The translations under genes and the position numbers were made by a program. Under the pieces are notes generated by a model. That model did no database searches. It was not told where the DNA came from and worked only from the letters and a program-made list of their open reading frames with translations. This document shows, one piece after another, positions 16,673-25,213 of a stretch of DNA of 64,000 nt (positions within the stretch are counted from its first letter, which is position 1; every line of letters starts with the position of its first letter). Source of the stretch: a bacterium (GTDB taxonomy: Bacteria > Patescibacteriota > Patescibacteriia > Patescibacteriales > GWC2-42-12); assembly GCA_030649205.1 (NCBI GenBank), contig JAUSGE010000020.1:850-64849 (forward strand), given 5' to 3'.

Positions 16673-17944
16673 CTACATCCCTTCATACTCCCGCATAGTT
16701 AACTGCGACTCAACCTGCTTAACGGTTTCAATTACCACAGACACCACAATCAAGAGCGAGGTGCCGCCGATGGACAATGATTGAATGCCGGTAAAATATC
16801 GTAAAATCAGAGGTAAAATGGCGATGATGCCCAAGAATAAGGCGCCAACAAAGATAATTTTATGCGTGGTGCTGGCTAAATACTCGCTGGTATGGCGGCC
16901 CGGCCTGATGCCGGGAATAAAGCCGCCTTGTTTTTGCAAATTTTCCGCGATTTGCGTCGGATGAAAAATTACTTCGGTGTAAAAATAGGTAAAAGCAAAA
17001 ACCAGCAAAAAATATAAAACGCCGTAGACTAATTGGTTTTGAAAAAAAGTAATCGTCCATTGGGCCGCGTTAGCAATGGCAGCCGTACGCGCGTGGATGA
17101 AAAATTGCGCGATCATGGGCGGAAAAATTACCACTGAAATGGCAAAAATAATGGGGATCACGCCAGCCATATTAACGCGCAAAGGCAGATGCGTTGAGGT
17201 GCCGCCGAACATGCGGTTGCCCCTGATTTGCCTGGCATATTGCACCGGCACGTTGCGCTGTCCTTCATTCACTACCACCACGCCGACGATAGTGACAACG
17301 GCGATGGCCAAAAAACCTAAAATCATGTAAAGTTTTGACGGATCAAAAGTGACTATCACCTGCTGGGCGGTTTGCAGGAGTCCGGCCATAATGCCGGCAA
17401 AAATCAAAAGCGAAATTCCATTGCCCACTTTCTTTTCTGTCATTAATTCTCCCAGCCACATTAAAAAAACCGTCCCGGCGGTCACGGTAATTATTATGGT
17501 CAGCAAATCAAGGCCGCTGATGTCGCCCAAAATCAACCGAGATGAGCGGCGGAGCAGCGTAATCATGCCATAAGCTTCCAGTATGGCCAGCGGCACGGTC
17601 AGCCAGCGGGTCCACATGTTTATTTTTTGCCGTCCGGCCTCCTCTTTTTGCATCTCTTCCAGCTGGGGAATAATCATGCCCAAGAGCTGAAAAATAATTG
17701 ACGATGTAATATACGGGCCCACGCCCATCATGACAATGGAAAAATTAGTCATGCCGCCGCCGGCGAAAATATTCATTAAGCCTAAAATTTGGTTGGAAGC
17801 GAAAAAATCGCGCAAAGCCGCCGCGTTAACTCCGGGAATCGGCACATGCGCGGCTAAGCGAAAAATCGCGAGCATGGCTAAAACAAACAGAATGCTGTTT
17901 CTTAAATCGCGCGCTTTCCAAATTTGGATCAGTTTGTCGTACAT
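16673..17944 (-). CDS. secY: Preprotein translocase subunit SecY
   Basis: 10-TM protein with LGLMNIFAGG, GVGPYITSSII and GGTSLLIVV motifs. Located downstream of rplO. Confidence 0.95.
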   Translation of the reverse strand: MYDKLIQIWKARDLRNSILFVLAMLAIFRLAAHVPIPGVNAAALRDFFASNQILGLMNIFAGGGMTNFSIVMMGVGPYITSSIIFQLLGMIIPQLEEMQKEEAGRQKINMWTRWLTVPLAILEAYGMITLLRRSSRLILGDISGLDLLTIIITVTAGTVFLMWLGELMTEKKVGNGISLLIFAGIMAGLLQTAQQVIVTFDPSKLYMILGFLAIAVVTIVGVVVVNEGQRNVPVQYARQIRGNRMFGGTSTHLPLRVNMAGVIPIIFAISVVIFPPMIAQFFIHARTAAIANAAQWTITFFQNQLVYGVLYFLLVFAFTYFYTEVIFHPTQIAENLQKQGGFIPGIRPGRHTSEYLASTTHKIIFVGALFLGIIAILPLILRYFTGIQSLSIGGTSLLIVVSVVIETVKQVESQLTMREYEGM

Positions 17945-17952
17945 AAACTATA

Positions 17953-18008
17953 TTTCTGCCCGGCTTTAGCCGGCGCTTAATTAACTCCGGCTAAAGCCGG
18001 GCAGAAAA
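17953..18008. repeat. Inverted pair of family 6 REP-like units between rplO and secY
   Basis: tttctgcccggctttagccgg cgcttaattaa ctccggctaaagccgggcagaaa. Confidence 0.9.
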
Positions 18009-18012
18009 AAAC

Positions 18013-18456
18013 TTATATCGCCTTTCCGCCCGATTTTTCAATCTGCGCTTTGGCGCTTGAGCTTAATTTAACGCCGCTAAGCTCCAAATTTTTCAATTTT
18101 AATTCGCCTTGTCCTAAAATTTTTATCGGCGCCGCCGTTGAACCGATCAAACCGGCTTTAAACAAAGCGGCGGCATTAATCTTCGCGCCATCAGTGAAAA
18201 CCTTGTTAAGCGATGCCAAATTGACCGCCTGATTTTTCAGCTTATCTGATTTAAAGCCCCGCATTTTTGGCGTTTGCGCCAGGATTTTTTTAAAGCCCAG
18301 CCGTTTCAGCTTATTGCGTCCGCCGGCGCGGGAGCGCTGGCCCTTTTGCCCGCGCGTGCTATAAGAGCCGTGGCCCGAAGCATTGCCGCGGCCGATTCTC
18401 TTTCTTCTGTGAATTGAACCTTTAGCCGGTTTTATTGTATGAAGTGATAAAGACAT
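18013..18456 (-). CDS. rplO: 50S ribosomal protein L15
   Basis: KRIGRGNASGHGSYSTRGQKGQRSR motif, in the expected operon position. Confidence 0.95.
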   Translation of the reverse strand: MSLSLHTIKPAKGSIHRRKRIGRGNASGHGSYSTRGQKGQRSRAGGRNKLKRLGFKKILAQTPKMRGFKSDKLKNQAVNLASLNKVFTDGAKINAAALFKAGLIGSTAAPIKILGQGELKLKNLELSGVKLSSSAKAQIEKSGGKAI

Positions 18457-18467
18457 AACTTTTTTAA

Positions 18468-18598
18468 AATTCTAAATTCTAATATCTAAATTCTAAACAA
18501 ATTATAAATTCAAATATTTAAAATTCAAAACGCATTTGTCTATAATTTCGGATTTTGGTCATTTGAATTTGTTTAGAGTTTAGGATTTCGGATTTAAA
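18468..18598. repeat. AT-rich palindromic spacer element, family 8 (TAGAAT-rich arms), directly upstream of rplO
   Basis: taaattctaaacaaatt...caaat / catttgaatttgtttaga inverted arms. A homologous copy is at 25214..25334. It overlaps the rpsE stop region. Confidence 0.8.
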
Positions 18599-19275
18599 GT
18601 TTCTTGGGTTTTTATTTCTTTCTTTGATAAATCAGTATTATTAATCTTTCTGTTTTCAGTCCTCTTCAGATTCCCCAGCGCCGCCATGGCGCATTTAACG
18701 TTATTAACTTTATTGCCAGTGCCTAGGATTTTAGAGGTTACATTTTTAATGCCGCTTAATTCCAAGAGAACCCTGACTGCTCCGCCGGCGATAATGCCGC
18801 GGCCTTTTTTAGCCGGTTTGAATAAAATTCTGGCCGCTCCCAGCTTTTGATAAATTTCATGCGGAATGGTTTCGTTGGTTATCGGGATGTCAAGAAAATT
18901 CTTTTTAGCTTTATTAACGGCCTTAGTCACGGCCGCGGTAACATCAGCGCCTTTAGCCAGGCCAATCGCCACCCGGCCTTTTTTATTGCCAATCGCCACG
19001 CAAGCCCTGAAGCGCATTCTTTTGCCTCCGGCCATCACGCGGGTAACGCGGGCGATATCAATCATTTTTTGTTCAAATTCTTCCGGCATGCCATCGCCTC
19101 GGCCTCGCCCGGCGCCTCGCTTGCCTTTAAAGTTTCTCTTTCTGTCTCCGCCTCTTTCCCCGCCGCGCTGATACGATCTGGCGTCAGGCATAGCCGGGGA
19201 AGCAGCATCAACTTTAGCTTCGGTTTTAGGAGCTATTTCAGGTTGCGTATTTTCTTGTATTTTTTCTTCTTCCAT
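18580..19275 (-). CDS. rpsE: 30S ribosomal protein S5 (with an N-terminal Arg/Gly-rich extension)
   Basis: VTRVMAGGKRMRFRACVAIGNKKGRVAIGLAKG and GIIAGGAVR motifs. Confidence 0.95.
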   Translation of the reverse strand: MEEEKIQENTQPEIAPKTEAKVDAASPAMPDARSYQRGGERGGDRKRNFKGKRGAGRGRGDGMPEEFEQKMIDIARVTRVMAGGKRMRFRACVAIGNKKGRVAIGLAKGADVTAAVTKAVNKAKKNFLDIPITNETIPHEIYQKLGAARILFKPAKKGRGIIAGGAVRVLLELSGIKNVTSKILGTGNKVNNVKCAMAALGNLKRTENRKINNTDLSKKEIKTQETLNPKS

Positions 19276-19298
19276 AATATTAATATTTTCAAGTATTT

Positions 19299-19483
19299 GG
19301 CTCGGCCTGGAAAAATTGTTTTTATCGCGGCTCCTCGGTGCATGCCTCGGCGCCGAAGTAGCTGAACGGGGGCGAAATTGTAGCGATTTTTTACAAAAAA
19401 TTACTTTTCTTACCTTTTAATTTTTTGTAAAAAACGCACAAATTTTCTCTTAAGCAGGAAAAACAATTTTTCCAGGCCGAGCC
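19299..19483. repeat. Long foldback element, family 9, copy 1, filling the rplR-rpsE spacer
   Basis: 25-bp perfect outer stem ggctcggcctggaaaaattgttttt/aaaaacaatttttccaggccgagcc. The core gcgaaattgtagcgattttttacaaaaaattac...ttttttgtaaaaaacgcacaaattttctcttaagcagg is shared with 62933..63074. Confidence 0.9.
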
Positions 19484-19485
19484 GT

Positions 19486-19896
19486 TTAAAACTTAAGCCC
19501 TCCTTCTCTGGCCCCATCGGCCAAAGCCTTCACTCGGCCATGATATTTGTAGCCGTTGCGGTCAAAAACAACTTTAGAAATATTCTTTTCCACGGCCTTC
19601 TTGGCGATTATTTTTCCCAATTCAAAGCTGACAGCGCTTTTTTTGCCCTTATCTTTTACCCCGTTAAATTCCCGATTACTATCGGGACCGGCGGTGCCGG
19701 ATTTAACGGGGTGAATTTCACCCGCGCTCGCCGCCGCCAAGGTTTTGCCGATTTCATCATTAATCAATTGCGCGTAAATTCCGCGATTGGAACGAAACAC
19801 GCTTAGCCTCGGGCAATCGGCCGCGCCGCTGACTTTGGCCCTGACTCTGCCTTTGCGCCTGCCGCGTTTTAGTTGTTTTATTTTATTTACATCCAT
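19486..19896 (-). CDS. rplR: 50S ribosomal protein L18
   Basis: [19 protein letters not shown] and [26 protein letters not shown]. Confidence 0.95.
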   Translation of the reverse strand: MDVNKIKQLKRGRRKGRVRAKVSGAADCPRLSVFRSNRGIYAQLINDEIGKTLAAASAGEIHPVKSGTAGPDSNREFNGVKDKGKKSAVSFELGKIIAKKAVEKNISKVVFDRNGYKYHGRVKALADGAREGGLKF

Positions 19897-19897
19897 A

Positions 19898-20446
19898 TTA
19901 TTTTTCTCCTTTGCCGGCGGTCTTGCCCGCCTTTCTCCTCAAAATTTCATCCGCGTATTTAATGCCTTTGCCTTTATACGGCTCGGGTTTTCTGATTTTC
20001 CTAATTTGCGCCGCGGTTTCTCCAACCAATTGCTTATCAATCCCGCTAATAGCAATGTTATTGGCCTGGACTTCCGCCTTAATCCCCGCCGGCAGATCAA
20101 AAATCACCGGGTGGGAAAAGCCGACGTTCAAAGTCAGCTTACTGCCGCTAACCGCCGCCTTATAGCCCACGCCGTTTATCTCCAATTTTTTCGCGTAACC
20201 TTCGTTAACGCCGACAACCATGTTTTTAATCAAGCTTCTGAACAGCCCCCACAAAGCTTTTTCTTTTCCGCTTAACATGTCAGTAATAGATAGTTTAATT
20301 TCTTTTTCACCAACTTCAACCTTAACCAAATCATGCAACTTGGTTCTTAGTTCGCCCCGAGGCCCTTTAACGATTATAAAACCGCTCTCCAGCTTAGCCT
20401 GGGTTCCCTGGGGCAATTCAATTGGCAGTTTTCCTAACCTGGACAT
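19898..20446 (-). CDS. rplF: 50S ribosomal protein L6 (start at MSRLGKLPI; the track ORF begins 21 nt upstream)
   Basis: [14 protein letters not shown]-terminus and [15 protein letters not shown]. Confidence 0.95.
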   Translation of the reverse strand: MSRLGKLPIELPQGTQAKLESGFIIVKGPRGELRTKLHDLVKVEVGEKEIKLSITDMLSGKEKALWGLFRSLIKNMVVGVNEGYAKKLEINGVGYKAAVSGSKLTLNVGFSHPVIFDLPAGIKAEVQANNIAISGIDKQLVGETAAQIRKIRKPEPYKGKGIKYADEILRRKAGKTAGKGEK

Positions 20447-20461
20447 AATATTAATTATCTT

Positions 20462-20505
20462 TATCAAGTTAAAATTTAATGGCCGTAGGGCTTTGCCCGC
20501 CCGTG
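20462..20505. repeat. Partial copy of the ribosomal-operon hairpin module (family 10) upstream of rplF
   Basis: tatcaagttaaaatttaatggccgtagggctttgcccgc matches the left arm of 24782, 34489 and 35030. Confidence 0.75.
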
Positions 20506-20506
20506 G

Positions 20507-20917
20507 TTAATAAATTTCGCAAATCACTTCGCCGCCGACGCCTTGCTTTTTAGCTTCTTTATTAGTTAAAAGGCCTCGGGAAGTTGAAATGATCGCGATT
20601 CCCAAATTATTTAAAACCTTCGGCAATTCATCTTTGCTGGCGTATACTCGGCGTCCCGGCGTACTAACCTTTTTTAAAGCCGTAATCACCGGCTGGCCGT
20701 TTTTATACTTTAACACAATCTTTAGATTATTAAAAACCGAGCTGGAATTCTTTTTCGCGTTAGCTTTAATAACCTCCGCCTTGGCGATCCAGCCTCCCTG
20801 CTCTAAAATTTTGGCAATATTGAATTTCAGCTTGCTCATAGGCAAAATCACCGTTTCTTTATTAACGGCTTGCGCGTTTCTGATTCTTGTTAGCATGTCT
20901 GCTATTGGATCTGTCAT
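20507..20917 (-). CDS. rpsH: 30S ribosomal protein S8
   Basis: TDPIADMLTRIRNA N-terminus and GGEVICEIY C-terminus. Confidence 0.95.
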   Translation of the reverse strand: MTDPIADMLTRIRNAQAVNKETVILPMSKLKFNIAKILEQGGWIAKAEVIKANAKKNSSSVFNNLKIVLKYKNGQPVITALKKVSTPGRRVYASKDELPKVLNNLGIAIISTSRGLLTNKEAKKQGVGGEVICEIY

Positions 20918-20983
20918 AAATAATTTAAAGTTTAAAAATCAAATTGTCATCTTTCATTTTGATATTTGCATTTTACATTTTTA

Positions 20984-21169
20984 TTACCAGCTTGACTTTG
21001 TTACTCCCGGTATGTCAGTATTGGATGCCAGCTCCCTGAAACAAATGCGGCAGAGATTAAAATCTCGCATATAGCCGTGATTGCGGCCGCAGCGCCAACA
21101 GCGCCTGACTAGGCGGGTGGAAAATTTTGGCTTCTTTTTTGATTTGACGATTAATGCTGTTCTTGCCAT
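20984..21169 (-). CDS. rpsN: 30S ribosomal protein S14, zinc-binding short form (type Z)
   Basis: 61 aa with CWRCGRNHGYMRDFNLCRICFRE. Confidence 0.95.
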   Translation of the reverse strand: MARTALIVKSKKKPKFSTRLVRRCWRCGRNHGYMRDFNLCRICFRELASNTDIPGVTKSSW

Positions 21170-21177
21170 ATAATATT

Positions 21178-21717
21178 TTATTCGTTTTTGAACGGGAACC
21201 CTAATAATTTAAAAAGTTCCAAGCCTTGTTCATAGGCCTTGGCCGTGCCGGTCAAACAGACTTGCAAGCCATGGATGTTGCCGACTTCATCGGCTTTGAT
21301 TTCCGGAAAAGCCAAATGTTCCTTAAAACCCACCGCCAAATTGCCTTGCCGATCAACTTGCCTGGGGCTAATGCCTCTGAAATCCCTGATTCTGGGAAAA
21401 GTTATTCTAACTAATTTTTCCACAAAGTCAAACATTCTTTGGCCGCGCAAAGTTACGGCCACGCCGATAACCATGCCTTTTCTGGTCTTAAAAGCGGAAA
21501 TTGATTGCTTGGCTTTTGTCAACACCGGCTTTTGTCCGCTGATTCTTTCCAGGCTGGAAGCCACGCCGTCAATAAAAGCCTTGTCCTTGGCGTTCCGGCC
21601 CACGCCCGCGTTAATTACCACCTTGGTAAGCCGAGGCACGGCCATAATATTTTTATAGCCGAATCTTAAGATTAAGGCCGGCGCTATTTCTTTTTTATAT
21701 TTTTCTCTTAAATTCAT
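21178..21717 (-). CDS. rplE: 50S ribosomal protein L5
   Basis: NIMAVPRLTKVVINAGVG and FDFVEKLVRITFPRIRDFRG. Confidence 0.95.
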   Translation of the reverse strand: MNLREKYKKEIAPALILRFGYKNIMAVPRLTKVVINAGVGRNAKDKAFIDGVASSLERISGQKPVLTKAKQSISAFKTRKGMVIGVAVTLRGQRMFDFVEKLVRITFPRIRDFRGISPRQVDRQGNLAVGFKEHLAFPEIKADEVGNIHGLQVCLTGTAKAYEQGLELFKLLGFPFKNE

Positions 21718-21753
21718 ATATATTATCTAGTTAAAATTCAATGGCCGCAGTCT

Positions 21754-22086
21754 TTAATCAATTATTTGTTTGCATTTTTTGCAGGCTCTCGCTTTCTTTT
21801 TTTTCTTTATATTATTTATCGTTGTTTCAACATATTGATGGGCGACTCTGGTCGGCCGGTCGCATTTCGGGCAGACTAAAATAACGTTTGATAAATTAAG
21901 GGGCGCGGGAAATTCAATTCTCTGGCCCTTCTCGCCCTGTTTTCTCGGCCGCATATGCTTAATTAAAAGGTTTAGGCCTTCAATACTGGCGCGGTTGGCG
22001 GACGTAAAAACTTGTAAAACTTTTCCGGTTTTACCCTTGTCTTTTCCGGTTAATATTTTAATTTTGTCGCCTGTTTTTATTTTCAT
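21754..22086 (-). CDS. rplX: 50S ribosomal protein L24 with a C-terminal CxxC...CxxC tail
   Basis: KOW motif MKIKTGDKIKILTGKDKGKTGKVLQV. The C-terminal CPKCDRPTRV...CKKCKQ looks like a zinc ribbon. Confidence 0.93.
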   Translation of the reverse strand: MKIKTGDKIKILTGKDKGKTGKVLQVFTSANRASIEGLNLLIKHMRPRKQGEKGQRIEFPAPLNLSNVILVCPKCDRPTRVAHQYVETTINNIKKKKKARACKKCKQIID

Positions 22087-22089
22087 ACT

Positions 22090-22181
22090 ACTCTTTCTGC
22101 CCGGCTTCAGCCGGCGTTATTTTCTCTTTCTGCCCGGCTTCAGCCGGCGTTATTTAACTCTGGCTAAAGCCAGGCAGAAAT
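22090..22181. repeat. Three family 6 REP-like units (two direct, one inverted) between rplN and rplX
   Basis: ctttctgcccggcttcagccggcgttatt twice, then aactctggctaaagccaggcagaaa. Confidence 0.9.
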
Positions 22182-22187
22182 AATAAA

Positions 22188-22559
22188 TTACAAAACTTCC
22201 GGCGCCAGTGAAGCAATTTTCATAAAGCCCAGCTGTTTCAGCTCGCGCGCCACCGGGCCGAAAATTCTCGTGCCCTTAGGCTCTTTTTTATCTTTATCAA
22301 TAATAACGCAAGCGTTCTCGTCAAAACGCACATAAACTCCGTCCGGCCGCCTGATTTCTTTTCTGGTCCTGACAATCACCGCGTGCGCCACGTCGCCTTT
22401 TTTTATAGCCGCGTGCGGCGCCGCTTCTTTGACGGCCACGGTAATTATTTCTCCCACTCGGCCGTAGCGTTTTTTATAGCCGCCCAGCACTCGGATGCAC
22501 ATCACCCTTTTCGCGCCTGTATTATCAGCCACTTTTAAAATTGTTTGTACCTGTATCAT
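22188..22559 (-). CDS. rplN: 50S ribosomal protein L14
   Basis: [18 protein letters not shown]-terminus. Confidence 0.97.
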   Translation of the reverse strand: MIQVQTILKVADNTGAKRVMCIRVLGGYKKRYGRVGEIITVAVKEAAPHAAIKKGDVAHAVIVRTRKEIRRPDGVYVRFDENACVIIDKDKKEPKGTRIFGPVARELKQLGFMKIASLAPEVL

Positions 22560-22562
22560 AGA

Positions 22563-22823
22563 TTATTTGCTCACTTCATTATAGATTATCCGCCAGCGCT
22601 TATCCTTGCTTAGCGGCCGGCATTCCACGAAACTGACTTTATCGCCGATTTTATATTGATTCTTCTCGTCATGAACTTTAAAATTCCGGCTGACTGTATA
22701 CCGCTTTTTATATTTAGGGTGTATTTTGGTAGATTCAACTTCCACCACCCTGGTCTTGTTCATCTTGTCGCTCACCACAGCACCGCTGAATTTCCGCTTG
22801 ATTATTGTTTTTTTATCTTCCAT
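22563..22823 (-). CDS. rpsQ: 30S ribosomal protein S17
   Basis: GAVVSDKMNKTRVVEVES..HPKYKKRY..KVHDE pattern. Confidence 0.95.
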   Translation of the reverse strand: MEDKKTIIKRKFSGAVVSDKMNKTRVVEVESTKIHPKYKKRYTVSRNFKVHDEKNQYKIGDKVSFVECRPLSKDKRWRIIYNEVSK

Positions 22824-22860
22824 ATAATGATTAATTTTTAAACATTAAAAATTACAAAAT

Positions 22861-23055
22861 TTAAAAAGTATTTTTTTTAACATTCAGTATCGTCAAAATC
22901 TTGGCTATCGCCTTCTTGACCACCCTGATCTCTCTCACATTCTTCAGTTGCTTATTGGCATCCTTAAAACGCAAATCTCTTAGCTTGTCGCGGGATTCGT
23001 TTAACAATTGTTTCAGCTCCTTGTCGGTTTTGCTTTTTAATTCCTTAAGCTCCAT
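22861..23055 (-). CDS. rpmC: 50S ribosomal protein L29
   Basis: 64 aa, LKELKSKTDKELKQLLNESRDKLRDLRF. Located between rplP and rpsQ. Confidence 0.9.
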   Translation of the reverse strand: MELKELKSKTDKELKQLLNESRDKLRDLRFKDANKQLKNVREIRVVKKAIAKILTILNVKKNTF

Positions 23056-23062
23056 ATAATAA

Positions 23063-23467
23063 TTATTTTTTAATATATTTGCACTTGACCGGTAATTTAT
23101 AGGCCGCCATCTTCATGGCTTCTTTGGCTTGCGATTCAGCAATGCCGGCCATTTCAAACATGATCATGCCCGGCTTGACTACGGCGACATAATGGTCAAC
23201 CGCGCCCTTGCCTTTGCCCATGGGAATTTCTCCGCCCTTGACCGTAACCGATTTATCAGGAAAAATTCTGATCCAAACCTTGCCGCCTTTTTTAATGTAT
23301 CTGGTTAAAACTTTTCTGGCCGCTTCAATCTGGCGGGAAGTAACCCAATAAGCGCCCAAGCTTTTCAGCCCATAGTCGCCAAAGCTTAAGCTAATCATGC
23401 GGCTGGCTTTGCCGCCTCGCCGGCGCTTTTGCTGTTTTCTCCATTTTGTTTTCTTTGGCATCAGCAT
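23063..23467 (-). CDS. rplP: 50S ribosomal protein L16 (start at [11 protein letters not shown]; the track ORF is extended upstream into rpsC)
   Basis: [19 protein letters not shown] start, with the ATG 1 nt after the rpsC stop. Confidence 0.95.
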   Translation of the reverse strand: MLMPKKTKWRKQQKRRRGGKASRMISLSFGDYGLKSLGAYWVTSRQIEAARKVLTRYIKKGGKVWIRIFPDKSVTVKGGEIPMGKGKGAVDHYVAVVKPGMIMFEMAGIAESQAKEAMKMAAYKLPVKCKYIKK

Positions 23468-23468
23468 A

Positions 23469-24155
23469 TTATTTGTTTCCTCCCACAACCTCACCTGTTT
23501 TCTGCTCTTCTTTCTTAAACACATCGCCCTTATAAATCCAGAGCTTAATGCCAATCGCTCCATAGCTGGTTTTGGCCGTGGCTTTGGCAAAATCAATATC
23601 AGCTCTTAAGGTATGCAGAGGCACTTTGCCCGAAGTCAGCATTTCCGTCCTGGCGATTTCTGAACCGTTCAGCCGTCCGCTGATCACGACTTTTACGCCT
23701 AAAGCTCCGGCTCGCTCAATCCGGCCGATTGCCTGCTTCATCACCCGCCGGAAAGGCATTCTCTTTTCAATATCCATGGCCATGGCTTGGCCAATAATCA
23801 TAGAGCTTAAATTCGGCCGGTCAAATTCCGTAATATTCAAAGCAATGTCGTTCAAACGGAAATTTTTTAAAAACTTTCCATGCAATTTCTTTTTTAAATC
23901 GCCGGCTCCGCTGCCGCCGCGGCCGATAATAATTCCCGGTTTGGCGGTAAAAATATTAATTATTATCTTATGTCCGCTTCTTTCAATTTCCACCCGATCC
24001 ACTCCGGCTTCGCGCAATTCGTCAAATAAATACTTTCTCACCCTGACATCCTGCTCTAAATATTTGATTAAATTTTTTCCCGTGCCAAACCACTTGGACG
24101 GCCAAGTCCTGGTGATATTTAATCTGATAACCTTTGGATTAACTTTATGCCCCAT
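23469..24155 (-). CDS. rpsC: 30S ribosomal protein S3
   Basis: [19 protein letters not shown]-terminus and a KH domain. Confidence 0.97.
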   Translation of the reverse strand: MGHKVNPKVIRLNITRTWPSKWFGTGKNLIKYLEQDVRVRKYLFDELREAGVDRVEIERSGHKIIINIFTAKPGIIIGRGGSGAGDLKKKLHGKFLKNFRLNDIALNITEFDRPNLSSMIIGQAMAMDIEKRMPFRRVMKQAIGRIERAGALGVKVVISGRLNGSEIARTEMLTSGKVPLHTLRADIDFAKATAKTSYGAIGIKLWIYKGDVFKKEEQKTGEVVGGNK

Positions 24156-24185
24156 GTAGATATTTTAAATTTTAGATTTAGGGTT

Positions 24186-24773
24186 TTATCCAGACTTGCG
24201 CCTGAACATTTTCGCGGCAAAACCTTTGGCGCCGCCTTCTGCCTTGGCATGGCCGCGCCGGCCTTCCATTCTCGGGTCGGTTATCACTTTGCCTTTTTCT
24301 TTCATCTCCTCGCCTTTAGGCTCAACAATTTCTTCTTTAACCGATTCTTTAATCTTTACCGAGCTCTCTTTCTTCGGTTGGACGCCGAGCTTGACCGGCG
24401 CTTCCAGGACCGTCTTTTTAGCCGCGGCTTTGCCCGAAGGCTTGATTTCTTCCAGCACTAAATTAATATGGCTTAATTTTTTTCTTATCGGCGTGGCCCG
24501 CCCGTGCGCCCGCGGCATCCAGCGTTTTAATGTCGGGCCCTGGTCAATGGTAATTTCTTTGACGAATAAATTATCTTTAGCCAATTCAAAATTATGCTCG
24601 GCGTTAGCCATGGCCGATTCAATCAGCTTTATTACCGGACCGGCCGCTCGCTTGCCGGAAAACTTTAGTTGATCCAGCGCCTGGCCGACCGGCAGCTTCC
24701 TGATTAAATCGGCCACCAGCCTGATTTTAGTCGGCGACTGTCTGATAAATTTTGCTTTGGCCTTTACCTTCAT
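24186..24773 (-). CDS. rplV: 50S ribosomal protein L22 (long K/E-rich C-terminal extension)
   Basis: IRQSPTKIRLVADLIRKLPV..AL..LKFS core, about 80 aa longer than typical L22. Confidence 0.93.
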   Translation of the reverse strand: MKVKAKAKFIRQSPTKIRLVADLIRKLPVGQALDQLKFSGKRAAGPVIKLIESAMANAEHNFELAKDNLFVKEITIDQGPTLKRWMPRAHGRATPIRKKLSHINLVLEEIKPSGKAAAKKTVLEAPVKLGVQPKKESSVKIKESVKEEIVEPKGEEMKEKGKVITDPRMEGRRGHAKAEGGAKGFAAKMFRRKSG

Positions 24774-24781
24774 ATTTATTA

Positions 24782-24892
24782 TATCAAGTAAAAATTTAAT
24801 GGCAGTAGGACTTTGTCCGCTATTAAATTTTTACTTGATACCTTATATTTTTTGAAAATATTAAAAACTTTTTCTAAAAAAGCTGTTAAAAG
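24782..24892. repeat. Ribosomal-operon hairpin module (family 10), full copy, directly upstream of rplV
   Basis: tatcaagtaaaaatttaat...attaaatttttacttgata stem-loop plus a second hairpin aaaacttttt-ct-aaaaaagc. Near-identical to 34489..34601 and 35030..35140. Confidence 0.9.
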
Positions 24893-24894
24893 TT

Positions 24895-25209
24895 TTATTT
24901 TTTCGCCGCCGGAACTGGAGCCGGAGCCGTGCCTTTAGCCTGCTCTTTAGCCATCTTGCCGCCGTGGCTGACAAACTTTCTAGTCGGTGAAAACTCGCCT
25001 AATTTATGGCCCACCATATTTTCCACCACAAACACCGGCAAATGCAGTTTGCCATTGTGGACACCGATGGTAAAACCTACCATTTCCGGAGTAATTGTGC
25101 AAGCCCGATCCCAAACTTTAATCACGGTTTTATCGCCCGGACGCAAATTCTTAATTTTTTTAATTAGCCTGTCGTTTACGTATGGGCCTTTTTTTAAACT
25201 TCTGGACAT
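24895..25209 (-). CDS. rpsS: 30S ribosomal protein S19
   Basis: [11 protein letters not shown] and [13 protein letters not shown]. Confidence 0.97.
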   Translation of the reverse strand: MSRSLKKGPYVNDRLIKKIKNLRPGDKTVIKVWDRACTITPEMVGFTIGVHNGKLHLPVFVVENMVGHKLGEFSPTRKFVSHGGKMAKEQAKGTAPAPVPAAKK

Positions 25210-25213
25210 AATT

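Noticed and set aside
6421-22181. CRISPR array interpretation of the recurring short palindromic units.
   Set aside because: The units are dispersed singly or in pairs at gene ends, in both orientations. They lack regularly sized unique spacers, and no cas genes are present.
23468-23596. The 43-codon upstream extension of rplP, and similar extensions of rplF, rplD, rpmB, the ComEC-MBL gene and ORF 41220..41606.
   Set aside because: The extensions overlap the preceding gene or repeat elements. Internal starts reproduce the canonical N-termini or have proper SDs.
24830-24845. Reading the TTGATA at the end of the family 10 hairpin as a -35 box for each downstream ribosomal protein gene.
   Set aside because: There are only 6 to 14 nt between it and the ATG, which is too short for a -10 box plus transcript start. 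The -10 (TATAAT) reading at two junctions is kept only as a possibility in the finding.
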